Shown here: positions 1-11,165 of the stretch, piece after piece
Layout: each line of letters begins with the position of its first letter
Position numbering within the stretch: position 1 is the first letter of the stretch
NCBI GenBank assembly: GCA_002269645.1
Contig: NIVC01002034.1
Coordinates: 62,001-126,000 of the forward strand
DNA length: 64,000 nucleotides
Reading direction: 5' to 3'
From: Macrostomum lignano
Lineage: Eukaryota
The notes under the pieces: generated by a model
What the model was told of the DNA's origin: nothing
The model's database searches: none
Seen by the model: only the letters and a program-made list of their open reading frames with translations
Position numbers and translations under genes: made by a program

Positions 1-2630
1 AAGTAACGGCCGGCCGGACCATTGCAGTATAGATCCACCAGAGCCGCTTCGGGGTGAGGCCCCAGGTGGTGCCGACGGATCTGCGCAGCTGCGCAAGAAT
101 TGCGAGGGCTTATTTTGGTTTTGGCCTAAACATGGGTGGACCAGCTCAGCCTGTGGTCCAGCGTAATGCCGAGACACTTGGTTTGCTTGCAAGATGGGAT
201 TTCCACCCCGTAAAGCTTTAGTGGGCAAATGTACCAGTTGATCCTGCTGGTGAACATGATCGCGACAGTTTTGGTCTCGGAGAGCCTAAGGCCGCACCCG
301 TCCGCACATTGTTCAGCAGAGCGAATAAAGTTTTGCAGAAGACCCCTAAGGGTTTAGGATGAGGGTCCGGATGCTACGGCGTAACCGACCTTAAGGATGG
401 GGTCAATGTGGCTGTCCTGAAGGAGCTCATTGATGACAATGCTCCAGAGAACTGGAAAGAGAACACCGCCCTGGGGGCTGCCTTTGCAGAAAGTTACCGT
501 CCGTTGGTGGCCCAGCAGGTGTGCGGTGGCAGTACGGTGGCTGATCATATACATGATCCACCGGATGAGGTGCGAGTGGGTTCCTCTAGCACGTAGAGCT
601 CTCAAAAGCCTCAAAGAGGATATTATCGAAGGCTCCAACAATGTTGTTGTTTTTAACCCTCGCCAGGGTCGCGCTGGACAGGCAGCGACAGGAACTCAGC
701 GACTTCAACAGGGTTGCGCCAACAGGTCAGAGGGCTCCAACTCGGTGGGGTGAGCCGGGCAATTAAAAAGATGCAGGCAGCCATGCGAGGCCGCGTCACA
801 TTCCGGACAGCTAGAAGGCGTCTCAGGATTCAGCCGGTGCTGGTAACGAAGCAACGGACTGAAGCCAGAGCGCAGCTGGGCGAGCAGACAGAGGGTCCGG
901 CGCGGCAAAGAACGCTCGGAATCGTAGACGTCAGGGCGAGGAAGACAATGTCGAGGAAGACAGCAAGAGCGTAGCCATTACCAAGAACGGCTTTCTCCAA
1001 CATGTCAACCAAGACGTGAAGCGCGCTTTCCGTGGACCTGCCTGCCCTAAAGGCGTGCTGGTTCTCACTGAGTGGCTTGTTCTTGAGTTATACAGAAAGG
1101 AGGCGCCAGAGCACCAGTCTCTCTAACAGCTTCATCTGTGAGGAGGTGAGAGGCTAATTAGTCTGAAGGATTTAATAGACCGGTAGTCCGGTCGGCCGGG
1201 CTTGGGGATAAAAACCACCTTACCAATTGGCCTCGGTCCAGGGTTTCGGAACAAAGCCGAGTACAATGCAAGCTTTCAGGAGCCGGCAAAGGTTCCGCAG
1301 GAAACCGGTGCATTTCACCGCCTCCCGCAGGAAGGCTGGCACAACGCCGTCCGGTCGTGGGGATTTGAAGGGTTTGAAGGAGGAGACTGCTTTAGTAACG
1401 CGGTCCTCCGTAATGATTGAGTCAGCCAGTACGTGTCCGCCCACTGAATGATCGGGGCCTGGATGGCTCGTTCGAGAAAAAACGCTGTTAGCATCGCCTC
1501 CAGCGTTTCTCCTGGGTTCTCAGTGAGCGAGCCGTCGGCTCTCTTAACTAAGGAGAGTTTGGACATTTTGTCCAGAGTGAGGGCTTTAACGATTCTGGAG
1601 GTAGGGCGGGAGCCCTCAAGTTCCTCACAGTATTCGCGCCACTTATTGGTTTTGGCGTTCCTATTTAACTTAACTTAGCTGCAGGGTGGTCCGTAGACAC
1701 TGCGGGGAGGCGAGGGTGTTCCTAACCTGCCTCTTGAACTCGTGGATAGAGTTCTCAGGTAGGCGGTTTGGTCGACCGCGGGTTTTTAGTTTTTTGGGCC
1801 CTACGGTGAAGCCTTTTAGCTCTGCGACGGAGGTCGCCAGGCTGCGGGTTCCACCATAGGGCCGACTGTTTGCCTTATATGCCTTTAGTGGGCATGAGGC
1901 TTTATGAAGGCAGCAGTGAGCAAGTCCGTGAGTACGGACGCAAATTAATTTGCTTCCTCGCAGATGTTTATGGAGACTGGAGTGCTAGTGCAACGATAGG
2001 TCTCCTCCAGGGCAAGCCTGAAGGCGGTCCAATCGGTATTCCTAGCATTCCGTTTCCAGTAAAGCTGGTCTGCGTTTCGGGCGCTGGCCAGCGTGAAAAA
2101 ATGAACTTTTGATCGAGAGGGACGCCTCAGGAAGCACTTGCCACTCCCTATTAGTACTCTGGAAGAGCCTGGGCCTGGCGAGGGTGGCATCCAGCACCAC
2201 CGATCGGCGTCCGTTATTGAAGGGCTAGGTAGGGCTACTGCCCGAGTTACAGAACTCAAGGGTTGTATAGTAATTTATATATAAGCCAGGAATTAGTCTT
2301 CACCTCTCTAATATCATAAATGCCCCAGTGGGCGATTTTCATCTTTCTAAAAAGTGCACATACATTTACGTCGTATTTTTTAAACAGTAAGGCAATCAGT
2401 AATTCGTCGAGAGCGGGGGGCAAAAGGCTCAAGAGGCGGCCTGTTGGCAAAAATGCGCTCGGCTGGCTTTCTTGTTTCCAGGTCTCAAGCTGTACTGGGG
2501 CGGCTGCGGTGACAGAGGCATTCACTGCTTGCAGGTCAACCTACAGCACAGCATGCTGCTTCAGTCAACCTCTTGAAGCGCACTGACCAATACGCACCAG
2601 GGATTCCTTATCCAGGAACCTTGGATGCTA
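1..2630 (-). mobile_element. Degenerate non-LTR retrotransposon (LOA/R1-like): endonuclease and reverse transcriptase remnants, running off the left edge
   Basis: Minus-strand fragments read SSFKPFKSPRPDG (1220-1444), ALAVFLDI|VGAFDNI (across 1012-620) and KGSPQGGVLFPVLWSIVINELL (354-641). AP-endonuclease-like fragments lie at 1945-2525. The element has many stops and frameshifts. The clade call rests on motif resemblance. Confidence 0.8.
645..944 (-). mobile_element. 5'-truncated 300-bp 3' end of a second LINE (I/Ingi-like) nested in the LOA RT
   Basis: 7-bp TSD ACAATGT at 638-644 and 945-951. Tail reads A5(CAA)n on the minus strand. It encodes LAQLRSG..CPEC....HGCLHLFNC, a CCHC-type LINE ORF2 C-terminus. 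Removing it rejoins the host FLDI-VGAFDNI motif. Confidence 0.8.
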
Positions 2631-2841
2631 AGGGGCAGCCCCCAACATGTCCCCACCGGCTACCAGTGTTTAACTTTCGAATTTTTACTCGTTTGTTAAT
2701 ATAGAAAAATCAATTAATTTTCACTAAATAGTCTGATGTCTGCTTTTGCAAATACAAGTAAACAATTTAACGTAGGATGGGCAATAAGCAGTATTTCTGT
2801 TAAAAAAGCTGGTATTTAAAAGTTTTAAAGTTCTGCTTATA

Positions 2842-3279
2842 TGTGACGCGACCCTTCTTGTTCGGTGCTGACGGCTATGCACTTATCAATAAATGAGTCT
2901 ACGTAACAAGAAAGTTTAGAATTTTAACTTCGACTGATTGTATTTAACCGTATTATATTATTTATTTGAAGACAGGAGTTAACTGTTGCTGTTAAATTAT
3001 TGGTAGTAAGTACCAAGTATGGCGAATAGGCACAACGCGGCGGACAAACCAGCAGCACACACGAGCCCAGCGAGACAAGAACACTAGAGAACAAAAATTC
3101 GATATAACCCACTTTTAAATAATGCAATACCCGTATTTCTATGAATGATACAGTAAAACAAATTTTATGTATAGAACAAATTTAAGATTTGTTTAATAAA
3201 TAGTAGTTAGATTAATATAACACTAAAAAGACATTAATAACACCAAATATTATAAAAAATAAATATCAACATCGTTACA
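2842..3279 (-). repeat. 3' LTR of the Gypsy element (438 bp)
   Basis: TGTGACGCG...CGTTACA. Near-identical to 11189-11633 (3 substitutions and 4 small indels by eye). Confidence 0.95.
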
Positions 3280-3292
3280 CTCGCCTCTCCTC
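3280..3292 (-). other. Polypurine tract (PPT)
   Basis: GAGGAGAGGCGAG on the minus strand, directly abutting the 3' LTR. Confidence 0.85.
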
Positions 3293-3370
3293 AAAAAAAC
3301 AATACAGCTACTTACAGTAACATCAAAGCACATGACCCGAAATTTAATAACAATATAAACTTATATATTG

Positions 3371-3437
3371 GCAAAATCAAACACATTGGCAAAAATCGAA
3401 CACATTGGCAAAAATCGAACACATTGGCAAAATCGAA
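3371..3437. repeat. Short tandem repeat (about 19-20-bp unit ACACATTGGCAAAAATCGA, 3-4 copies) in the Gypsy 3' UTR
   Basis: Directly visible tandem copies. Confidence 0.75.
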
Positions 3438-3901
3438 GCAATATTCGAACAACGAACGATCAATAGCTGGTATACCTGTAACAATATTCAATAATAAATA
3501 TTTTTTTTTTATTTTTTTGAAAATATTTTATGACAACTGTCAAAAGGAAATATAAAATGCAAACGGCCAATAGAGTTAAATACACGGCAGCAATTGTAAT
3601 TCAACGGTGGCAAATTCCAAAGACCGGCGGCGAATTCGAATGACTCGGCAGCGCGGCAACAGCCTCGCCGACACAGACTGCAGCCCAACGGCCACAGTCA
3701 GACTGAACTCCTAACTAACTAAAGCCATTTCTAGACAATCCTAACTAGGATCAAAAACCCAATCCGAGGATTAAGGGCTATGATCGCGGCAATAAACTAG
3801 ACTAACCTACGATAAATTTAAGATGACATTGACAATTGAATAACGGAACCCTAAACAGACGTGCAGAACACAGGCACACAGCACACGACACGCCAAAATC
3901 C

Positions 3902-6046
3902 CTACTCCCCGCTACCTTTACCAAAAAGATTAGCCAGCAAGGAACGAAACCTGATGGGCGGTCTAATTGCGCGCCCAGACCTTGTGGTTGTGACAGCTGG
4001 CTGTTCTTGAGTGGCTTGTTCGTGCTGTTCTGAAACTCTCTGTTCTTGTGCTACTGGTGCCTCAGGTTGTGGTTGCTCTGTAACTTCAGGTGCTTCGGTT
4101 TCAACTTCGCCTTCTGCACCGATTTCTGGCACGTTGTCCACAGTGTCTGTGACTGGCAGTGCGATGTTTTCTGTGACTGGCTGCGTAATGTTTTCTGTGA
4201 CTGGCTGCGTAATGTTTTCTGTGACTGGCTGCGTAATGTTTTCTGTGACTGGCTGCGTAATGTTTTCTGTGACTGGCTGCGTAATGTTTTCTGTGACTGG
4301 CTGCGTAATGTTTTCTGTGACTGGCAATGCGATGTTTTCTGTGACTGGCTGAGTAACCGGTTCCGTGACTAGCTCTGTTGTCGAATCTGCTACTGTTCCT
4401 ATGGCTGGCTCTGTGTCTGGTTCAGATGCCGACTGAGCATTCTGATGCTGGATGGACTGATGGCTCGGAGGAGGAACTGTCTGCTGCTCACCCGGGCAGA
4501 CTGGGCCCGGATCGAATCCGGACAACCAGCGATCAGAGCAGTCAGAACTAAAGCTCAATTGCCTAGAGTCTTCATCACCCTGTCCTAACCTCGAGGAATG
4601 AGGCATCCTCGCAACCAATTCTAATCCAAACCTGTCGGCGACATCCTGGTAGCTTGACTGGCGAATGCACCTTTTCAAACGATCTACATTGTAAATCTTG
4701 TGGCTCGGGTTCGGAGTTTTAAACTGATTCTCACACGCTAACTCAGGAACTAGCCGATAATTTCTCTCTGAAATTTTCTGCACGACCTTGTACGGCCCAA
4801 GCCAAACCGAAGGATCGAGACCCTTGTGGTCGGGGTTTAACACCCACACGAGCTCTCCTACCTCAAAACTGGATTTAAACACTGACCGATCATAGTACCT
4901 CTTCTGTCTAGACTGCGCCTTCTTCCTAACAGCTCTGGCGGTGGCAGAGGCTTCAACTAGAGTTCGGTGGAGCAGGTGTGCATAACTGGCTGGGTCATAG
5001 CGCTCTTGCCTAGGTGGGTTGTACAGTAAATCTAGCGGCATCTGGAATTCACGGCCTAAGAAAAGCTTGGCAGGCGTCATGCCAGTGGACTCAGATTCTA
5101 ATGACCTAATGCTCATCCCTGCACATCTCGCGGCAAAGGGCCAGGTCACATGCCTTTCAGCAGTGACTGCACGGACTTGACTTTTGATGGTTTGAATCGT
5201 ACGCTCCACCTTGCCATTGGCCTGAGGGCGACGGGCAGTAATTCTAACAGTGTCAATTTCTAACAAGCGGGTTAACTCAGCTACAATGCCATTGATAAAC
5301 GCTGTCCCATTGTCCGAGACCAATTGCTCCATTGTGCCGTAGCGAACAATCCACTCCGTCAGGATCGCTGCTGCGGTTGTCTCGGCAGTTACATCTGTCA
5401 CAGGAATGATTTCTAAGAATCCAGAAAATCTGTCTACCATGACAAGCAGATATCTGAATCCATCCTGTTCCGGAAATGGCCCACAATGGTCTACATGGAC
5501 AACCTGATTTGGATATCCCGCTAGAGTCGGCAACATCGGCTCTTTGTTCTTGCGTTTGTTTTTCTTAGTTCTGGCGCAAATCTCGCAACTGGCAACGACA
5601 CTCTTGACAACTGTTTCTAGGTTGAAAATTTGGAAGTTCTTCTTTAGGATACCTAATGTCTTCTTGACTCCGGAATGGTTGATTAGCCTGTGGTAAGAGG
5701 TCACTAATTCGTCTATGTTAGCACTCCCTGGAATGACAGTCAGCTTAGCGGCAGGCTTCCTTTTCTTAGCTGGTCTATTTCTAACTAGCACATTTTCTTC
5801 CACCGACAGCTCACCAAACATGGCCCATAAGGCTCTCAGCTCCCGACTATGGCCTTGAAGCTCCTGCTTAGACAACTTTTCCTCTCTGCCTGCTACCGCG
5901 TCTCTAAGGTACACCACGTCAATATTCGATTCCTGCGCGCTGCGAATCCATTCTCTTTCTTTCTGCTCAGCTTCTTCCTCATTTTCACTCTCACTGTCTG
6001 ACCCAGAGTCTATGGCGGCTACATCGGATCTACCAGGGTCCTCCAC
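3902..6046 (-). CDS. Gypsy Pol, integrase portion with a long low-complexity C-terminal tail
   Basis: HHCC zinc finger (YHRLINHSG...CEIC), DDE core (VHVDHCGP, LVSDNGTAF, NGKVER) and GPY module (WLGPYKVV). Confidence 0.93.
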   Translation of the reverse strand: MEDPGRSDVAAIDSGSDSESENEEEAEQKEREWIRSAQESNIDVVYLRDAVAGREEKLSKQELQGHSRELRALWAMFGELSVEENVLVRNRPAKKRKPAAKLTVIPGSANIDELVTSYHRLINHSGVKKTLGILKKNFQIFNLETVVKSVVASCEICARTKKNKRKNKEPMLPTLAGYPNQVVHVDHCGPFPEQDGFRYLLVMVDRFSGFLEIIPVTDVTAETTAAAILTEWIVRYGTMEQLVSDNGTAFINGIVAELTRLLEIDTVRITARRPQANGKVERTIQTIKSQVRAVTAERHVTWPFAARCAGMSIRSLESESTGMTPAKLFLGREFQMPLDLLYNPPRQERYDPASYAHLLHRTLVEASATARAVRKKAQSRQKRYYDRSVFKSSFEVGELVWVLNPDHKGLDPSVWLGPYKVVQKISERNYRLVPELACENQFKTPNPSHKIYNVDRLKRCIRQSSYQDVADRFGLELVARMPHSSRLGQGDEDSRQLSFSSDCSDRWLSGFDPGPVCPGEQQTVPPPSHQSIQHQNAQSASEPDTEPAIGTVADSTTELVTEPVTQPVTENIALPVTENITQPVTENITQPVTENITQPVTENITQPVTENITQPVTENITQPVTENIALPVTDTVDNVPEIGAEGEVETEAPEVTEQPQPEAPVAQEQRVSEQHEQATQEQPAVTTTRSGRAIRPPIRFRSLLANLFGKGSGE
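4146..4352 (-). repeat. 24-bp coding minisatellite: VTENITQP x6 flanked by VTENIALP x2
   Basis: GTTTTCTGTGACTGGCTGCGTAAT tandem copies in frame within the integrase ORF. Confidence 0.95.
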
Positions 6047-6453
6047 TTGAACAGCATGAGCTGCAGCTGGGGACCGGGTCTCTGGTTCACTTCCAGCTGT
6101 GTCCGTGCCCGCAACAGGGGTTGGGGCGACTGGGTGCTCTCTGCCGTGGGCTAACTCACTAACTTCAGTGGGACGCTCTGTCTGAATAGCTAAATCTACT
6201 ACCGGCTTGTCCTGCGCTGGGACCGCAAATTGGGACTCAGCTTCCAGGGTCTGGCTACCCGTGGAGGCGAGGGTCTGGGTGCTACTATCGACGTTGATGC
6301 GGTTGGCTTTGACTTCACTAGGCTCCGATGGCGCTACATTTTTACCCTTCTAGAACTTGGCTTTGAAATCTGGGATCAAGCTGCAGGTTGGGCAATCGAA
6401 ATGGTCTGCTCTGAACTTGGGATTACGACTGAGGATGTCTGCGTTAACGTGAT

Positions 6454-8808
6454 CTAGGCCGGCTCTGTGGTACCGTACTCCGGTAAATCGTACTCCGCTA
6501 TCCTTTCTAGGGGCGTCTGGTCGACCTTAAACGTATACGGTTCCAGGGTGACCAACCACTGAGCTAGCATGCCGGTTGCGTGCTTCTTTGAGTGCAACCA
6601 CTTTAAAGCAACGGCATCGGTTCGAACTAGGAACTCACGGTCTAGGAGATAGGTTCGAAATTGCTCTAACATCAAGACTAACCCTAACAGCTCCCTCATA
6701 GTCGCACAATAATTGCGCTGTGCACTACTGAATTTCTTCGACGCGTAGGCAATCACCTGTTCTTTACCGTTCTTGTCTAGCTGGGAAAGGACTGCTCCTA
6801 CACCATCTAGGGAACTGTCGCAGTCTAGGATGAAGGTTCCCGCGCTAGGACTCAAGTCTGGGTAGGTCAACACTGGCGGCTGGCACAGGCTCGCCTTCAG
6901 TTCCTGGAACGCACTCTCGTGCACTTGGCGCCAGACAAATTTCCCCGAACTTTTGGCTAAGGCGTACAGGGGCGTGGCTATGATAGAAAACCTGGGGACG
7001 AACTTTCTGTAATAATTAGCAAATCCCAGAAAGGATAACAGCTGCTTTTTGTCCCTAGGGGTGCACCACTGTCGCACTACTTCAGTCTTGGTGGGGTCCG
7101 CTTCGATCCCTCTCGAGGAGACCACAAATCCCAGAAACCTAAGCCTGTCCTTGAACAATTCGCATTTTGATGGCCTGATCTTCAAATTGGCTTTTCTAAG
7201 CTGCCAGAAAACTAGCGCCAGGTGGGATATCATCTCGTCGTTATTCCTAGCTTTGATGATGATGTCGTCAAGGTAAATCAGACTGACCCGCAACAGCAGC
7301 GGTCTGAAAACCTTATGCATAAGCTTAGCAAAACTGGCCGGGGCGGTCTTTATCCCGAAGGGAACAACGGTCCAACGGAAAATCCCCTGAGGGCAAGAAA
7401 ACGCGGTGAGATCGCGGTCAGCTTCCCTGATTCCTACTTGTCAGTACGCGCTCGTCAGGTCTAAGCTGCTGAATACGTTGGAGCCCGCCAAACTATCGAA
7501 TGACTCTTCTATCAGTGGCAGAGGAAATGAGCACGGCTTTATGTGCTTGTTTATGGCGCGGTAGTCTACGCACAGGCGATATGTACCGTCCTTCTTTTTC
7601 ACAAGCACAATTGGCGAAGACCAGTCAGAGTCGCACTCCTCAACCACTCCCTGCTCTAAAAGGTGGGCAATATGCTTGTCTAAGAACTCTTTCTGGGCCG
7701 GCGTTGTCCGCCTGGACGGTTGGGAGATCGGGCGGCAACTCGGGTCTTTGAGCTCGATTGTCATCTCATGCAGCGTGGTCTTGCCTAGGTCTGTTTCGGA
7801 CTGAGAGATTTGACTAAGGAAATAATTTAACATTTTGACGGTGATATCCAGCTGCTTCTTAGTTAGATTAGAGTCTAGCAAATTGAACTGGTTCATTAGC
7901 CACTTGGCTGTCCCTGGATCTGGGTAGGGTAGTCTTGCCAGCTTGTCGTTGAGCAGATCTACCTTGTCGAAGCTGAAATCACTTTCGTTAAGCCGGGTGC
8001 ACACCACGCTCTCGTCGTCCCCTAGCTTCTTAAATGACGCTACCTCCTCACCCTTGGCAACAGTAATCTCGTCTTCACTGCTATTCAGGACCCTAACTAA
8101 CACGTGGCTGGTGGGGCTGACCTGGTCTAGAGAATTAGCGACCACAATGGCCGAATCTGAATTGAACAGCCTCGTGCTGACGACCCCATGGGCGTTGCTC
8201 TCGGCGTCTATGGCTCTAGCTGGGACCAGGGCTTCTGAGCGCGGCGGCAGGACCGTGTCGCAAGCGGCGACCACACGGTTTACGCTACAGATGTCACTAG
8301 ATCCCCGCAGGGTTGAGACATGCTCCCCTGCACAAGTCACACGGTCACAGGCCATGTCCATGACAATTTGGAAGCTGCTGCAGAAATCCAGTCCTAAAAG
8401 CGTCTCACTCAGGGAGCCATCGATAACAAGGAAAATGTGCTGCTTCTTCAGTTTGCCTAAGCTCAACTCGCACTCGAGCTTTCCCAGGATTTCTGAGCTG
8501 GCTCCGTTGAACCCAGTCGCAGTTCGCTGGATTCGGGCGGGGGTGAAGACATTATTGATGGGGTCCGCCTCTACTAGCCTGTCTCTCATCTTGGGGCAAA
8601 TCAGTGAAGCATTGGCTCCAGGGTCCAAGAGAGCCACGGTCTTCGTCTCTCCGACCTCGATCTGAACATAAAATCCCGCCTTGTAGTGGGGCAGGTCGGA
8701 AGAGGCCTCCGCACACTTGGGGTCTACCGAATCTGCAGTCACGCTGATGGCCCGGTCTCTGGTCTTTCCAGCGTCAGCAACACGGCCGAAGGTCACATGG
8801 GTGCCCAC
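6454..8808 (-). CDS. Gypsy Pol: aspartic protease, reverse transcriptase and RNase H, interrupted by TGA at 7441-7443
   Basis: ALLDPGA protease motif. RT motifs WSSPIVLVKKKDGTYRLCVDYRAIN and YLDDIII. RNase H motifs FILDCDSS and NYCATMRELL. ORFs 7441-8808 and 6454-7320 are in the same frame across AY*QV. Confidence 0.93.
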
Positions 8809-8941
8809 TAGCTGATGGGTTTAAGGCCAGGTCCATCAGGGGCTGCACTAGCTGGGACAGGTGCACGAAAACTGAATCTCCGATTTGGGAGGACCGGACG
8901 AACCCGTAGGAATCCTTCCAGTGAGTCACTACCCCCTCTCT
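8737..8941 (-). CDS. Cold-shock (CSD/OB-fold) domain at the N-terminus of Gypsy Pol, split by a one-base indel near 8820
   Basis: REGVVTHWKDSYGFVRSSQIGDSVFVHLSQL carries RNP1-like YGFV and RNP2-like VFVH. It continues in the pol frame as QLVGTHVTFGRVADAGKTRDRAISVT (G-x-x-V-x-F ... A-x-x-V). Confidence 0.72.
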
Positions 8942-10065
8942 CTGGGCGGCCTTGGGCTCGACTTCCCTCTGTTTTTTGGGTCGAACGGCTGCGGGGCCCT
9001 GAACTTCGATGGGGGCACACTGGCACCTGGCTCTCTGGGATAGGGACACTCAGCGATCAGATGGTCTGTCTCCCCACACCTAAAGCACTTCGGTGGCCTA
9101 CGGTTCTTGTGATTATGGTTACTGGAGTTCAGGACATGCTGCGGTGGCTGATAACTCTGGGCTCCAAGATGTCTATGGTCGTTTACTGTCGTTTGCTGCT
9201 GATTTGACTGTTTCTTTTCGAGCTCCTTGATCCTTGCCTTCAGGGCTTGGATCTCGTCTGACTCAACACTACGGACTTTCGGCGGTTCCGCTAATTTGAG
9301 TAACTGTCTAGTTTGGGCGGCGTCTCGGGCTCTGTTTAAAAGTCTTTCGAGCGACGGCCTTGGCTTCTCTTGCAGCAAATTGATTAACTTTTCTGCGATT
9401 GACTTGTCAGTTAACCCATAGCAAAATCGCGTCCTAACTAAAGGCTCGTACTCATTGCGGCTTAAGTTCGCAGAGTTAGCAAGGCTAACAAGGCGATCGA
9501 AATATTATTGAATACTTTCAGACTGCAGCTGCTGGGCGGAGGTAAGCTCAATATAAAACTGGTCCACATGCGTTGGTTCGCCGTACCGACCCTTAAGCTG
9601 CTTAACAGCGGTTTCGAAAACTTTCTCGTGCAGTCTCTGGTTATAGAAGTACTCTTGGCACTCTGGCGACAACGATGACAGCAGCACAGCTGTCCAGTGC
9701 TCGCGTCCTATGTTATTCGCTTCTAAGTACAGGCTGAACTGGGTCCACCAAATTTCGAATTTCATTTTGGGCGAATAGGCGGCTGGGGGCCTGAGCCGAG
9801 GGCTCGACTTTGTTGACTTAACATTGTCACGGATCTCTGCCAAACTCCCAAAGTCCTGGCCAGATCGCCCAGGGAAGTCTCGCACTCCTGCAGGTCACCT
9901 TCATCTGTCTCCGCCTCGTCATCACCAGCTGTCTCTGGCAATCTAATTTTACTGCCAACTGTCTCGCTTTTACCTCCTAGCTGTCTCTCCACTTCTACCT
10001 GTCCTAGCTCCACTCGCTGCTCGTTCCTCTGTACTTGGCTTGGCTACCGACTCGGACTCTGCCAT
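8929..10065 (-). CDS. Gypsy Gag (frameshifted, TAA at 9505-9507) with a CCHC zinc knuckle
   Basis: ATG at 10065. Capsid-like FEIWWTQFSLYLEAN...LLSSLS and zinc knuckle CFRCGETDHLIAEC. Confidence 0.88.
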
Positions 10066-10366
10066 GACCTTGGCAGCTAAGTATTACAGACTACTGAGTA
10101 CAGACACACTAGCAGGCAATTAAAGAGGGAACCCAGCAAGAAAAGAGCTAAGAATAAAAGAGAAAGTGGCAGTTTATAAAATAACCTAGCTAATGAGTCT
10201 CAATCTGTAAGCAATCCTATTATAGTTACTGCCACAATAGGCCCTATTCTACTTGAAAAAATAATGGATTCAGTCTTAACTGCGACGCTGGACCGCGGGT
10301 CCGGCCGTTGAAGGAGCTCGCCGCTCGCCAGGTCACTCGGTTCACCGCTCGGGTCGGTCTGTCTCA

Positions 10367-10412
10367 GCTCGGCTCGACTCGACTCGACTCGACTCGACTC
10401 AGCTCGACTCGT
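10367..10412. repeat. (GACTC)n pentamer microsatellite in the Gypsy 5' UTR
   Basis: ctcgactcgactcgactcgactcgactc seen directly. Confidence 0.85.
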
Positions 10413-11165
10413 CCCAGGCCCAGCTCGGCTCGTGTCGGTCGCTGACGCTGCTCAGCACTGGCCGGCGTTATCGATGGTCACCGCTGGCTGTAGGCTTAGG
10501 CTGAAGTCGCAGGCTGATGAGTGATGACAGACTGCACTTGCACTGTTGACTGCAGTAGGCCCTCGCGCAGGTTGCAATCCCAGGCAGGCAGTGTCCAATT
10601 GTAGCTGCAGCGGGCGCTTTACCAGTGCGGCGCTCTCAACTCAAATAAAAAATTTATGAGTGCTCGCGGGGCGGCAGACAGACAAAAACAAGACCCGATG
10701 ACTCAGCAGACTTGTTGACAGATTTTGCAGAATTAGACTGGCCTTGGGTTGGTACAAAACTGGTAAACAACTTAAGCCTTAGGGTTATTTCTTGACTTGT
10801 ATTAGCCTCTAGGTCCGACAGACTAGCAAATTTGTGTTGACGATTGTCACGTGACTAATTGGCTGGCTGGGTTGGCTGCGGGTGGATGGCCTTGGCTTTG
10901 ATCGCGTGACTTGGGGGTTGTTGTCCAGTTCAGAGTTGGCCGCCAAAGCGTAAACTGGTTCAGACCGGTTTTCTAGATCGGCAGACAGTACGCTCAGTAC
11001 TTTGCAGTGGCGCTAGCAGATAGGCGGCTGACTGAGGTACAGGCAATGTCACTGGCAGTGGCAAGTTGGCTTCCTGTTGCCGATTGCAGATTGCATACGA
11101 TGCAGATGGTTAGCAATGGTTGTCGGCGATGTAGATTGCAGGCTGGGTCAATTTTAATTTAGCCG

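Noticed and set aside
2924-3127. Near-identical ORFs MHYLKVGYIEF... here and at 11271-11483
   Set aside because: Both lie inside the two LTRs. They are duplicated non-coding sequence with no protein motif.
7943-8665. 240-aa + strand ORF
   Set aside because: Antisense shadow of the Gypsy pol frame; Ser/Leu-rich with no domain.
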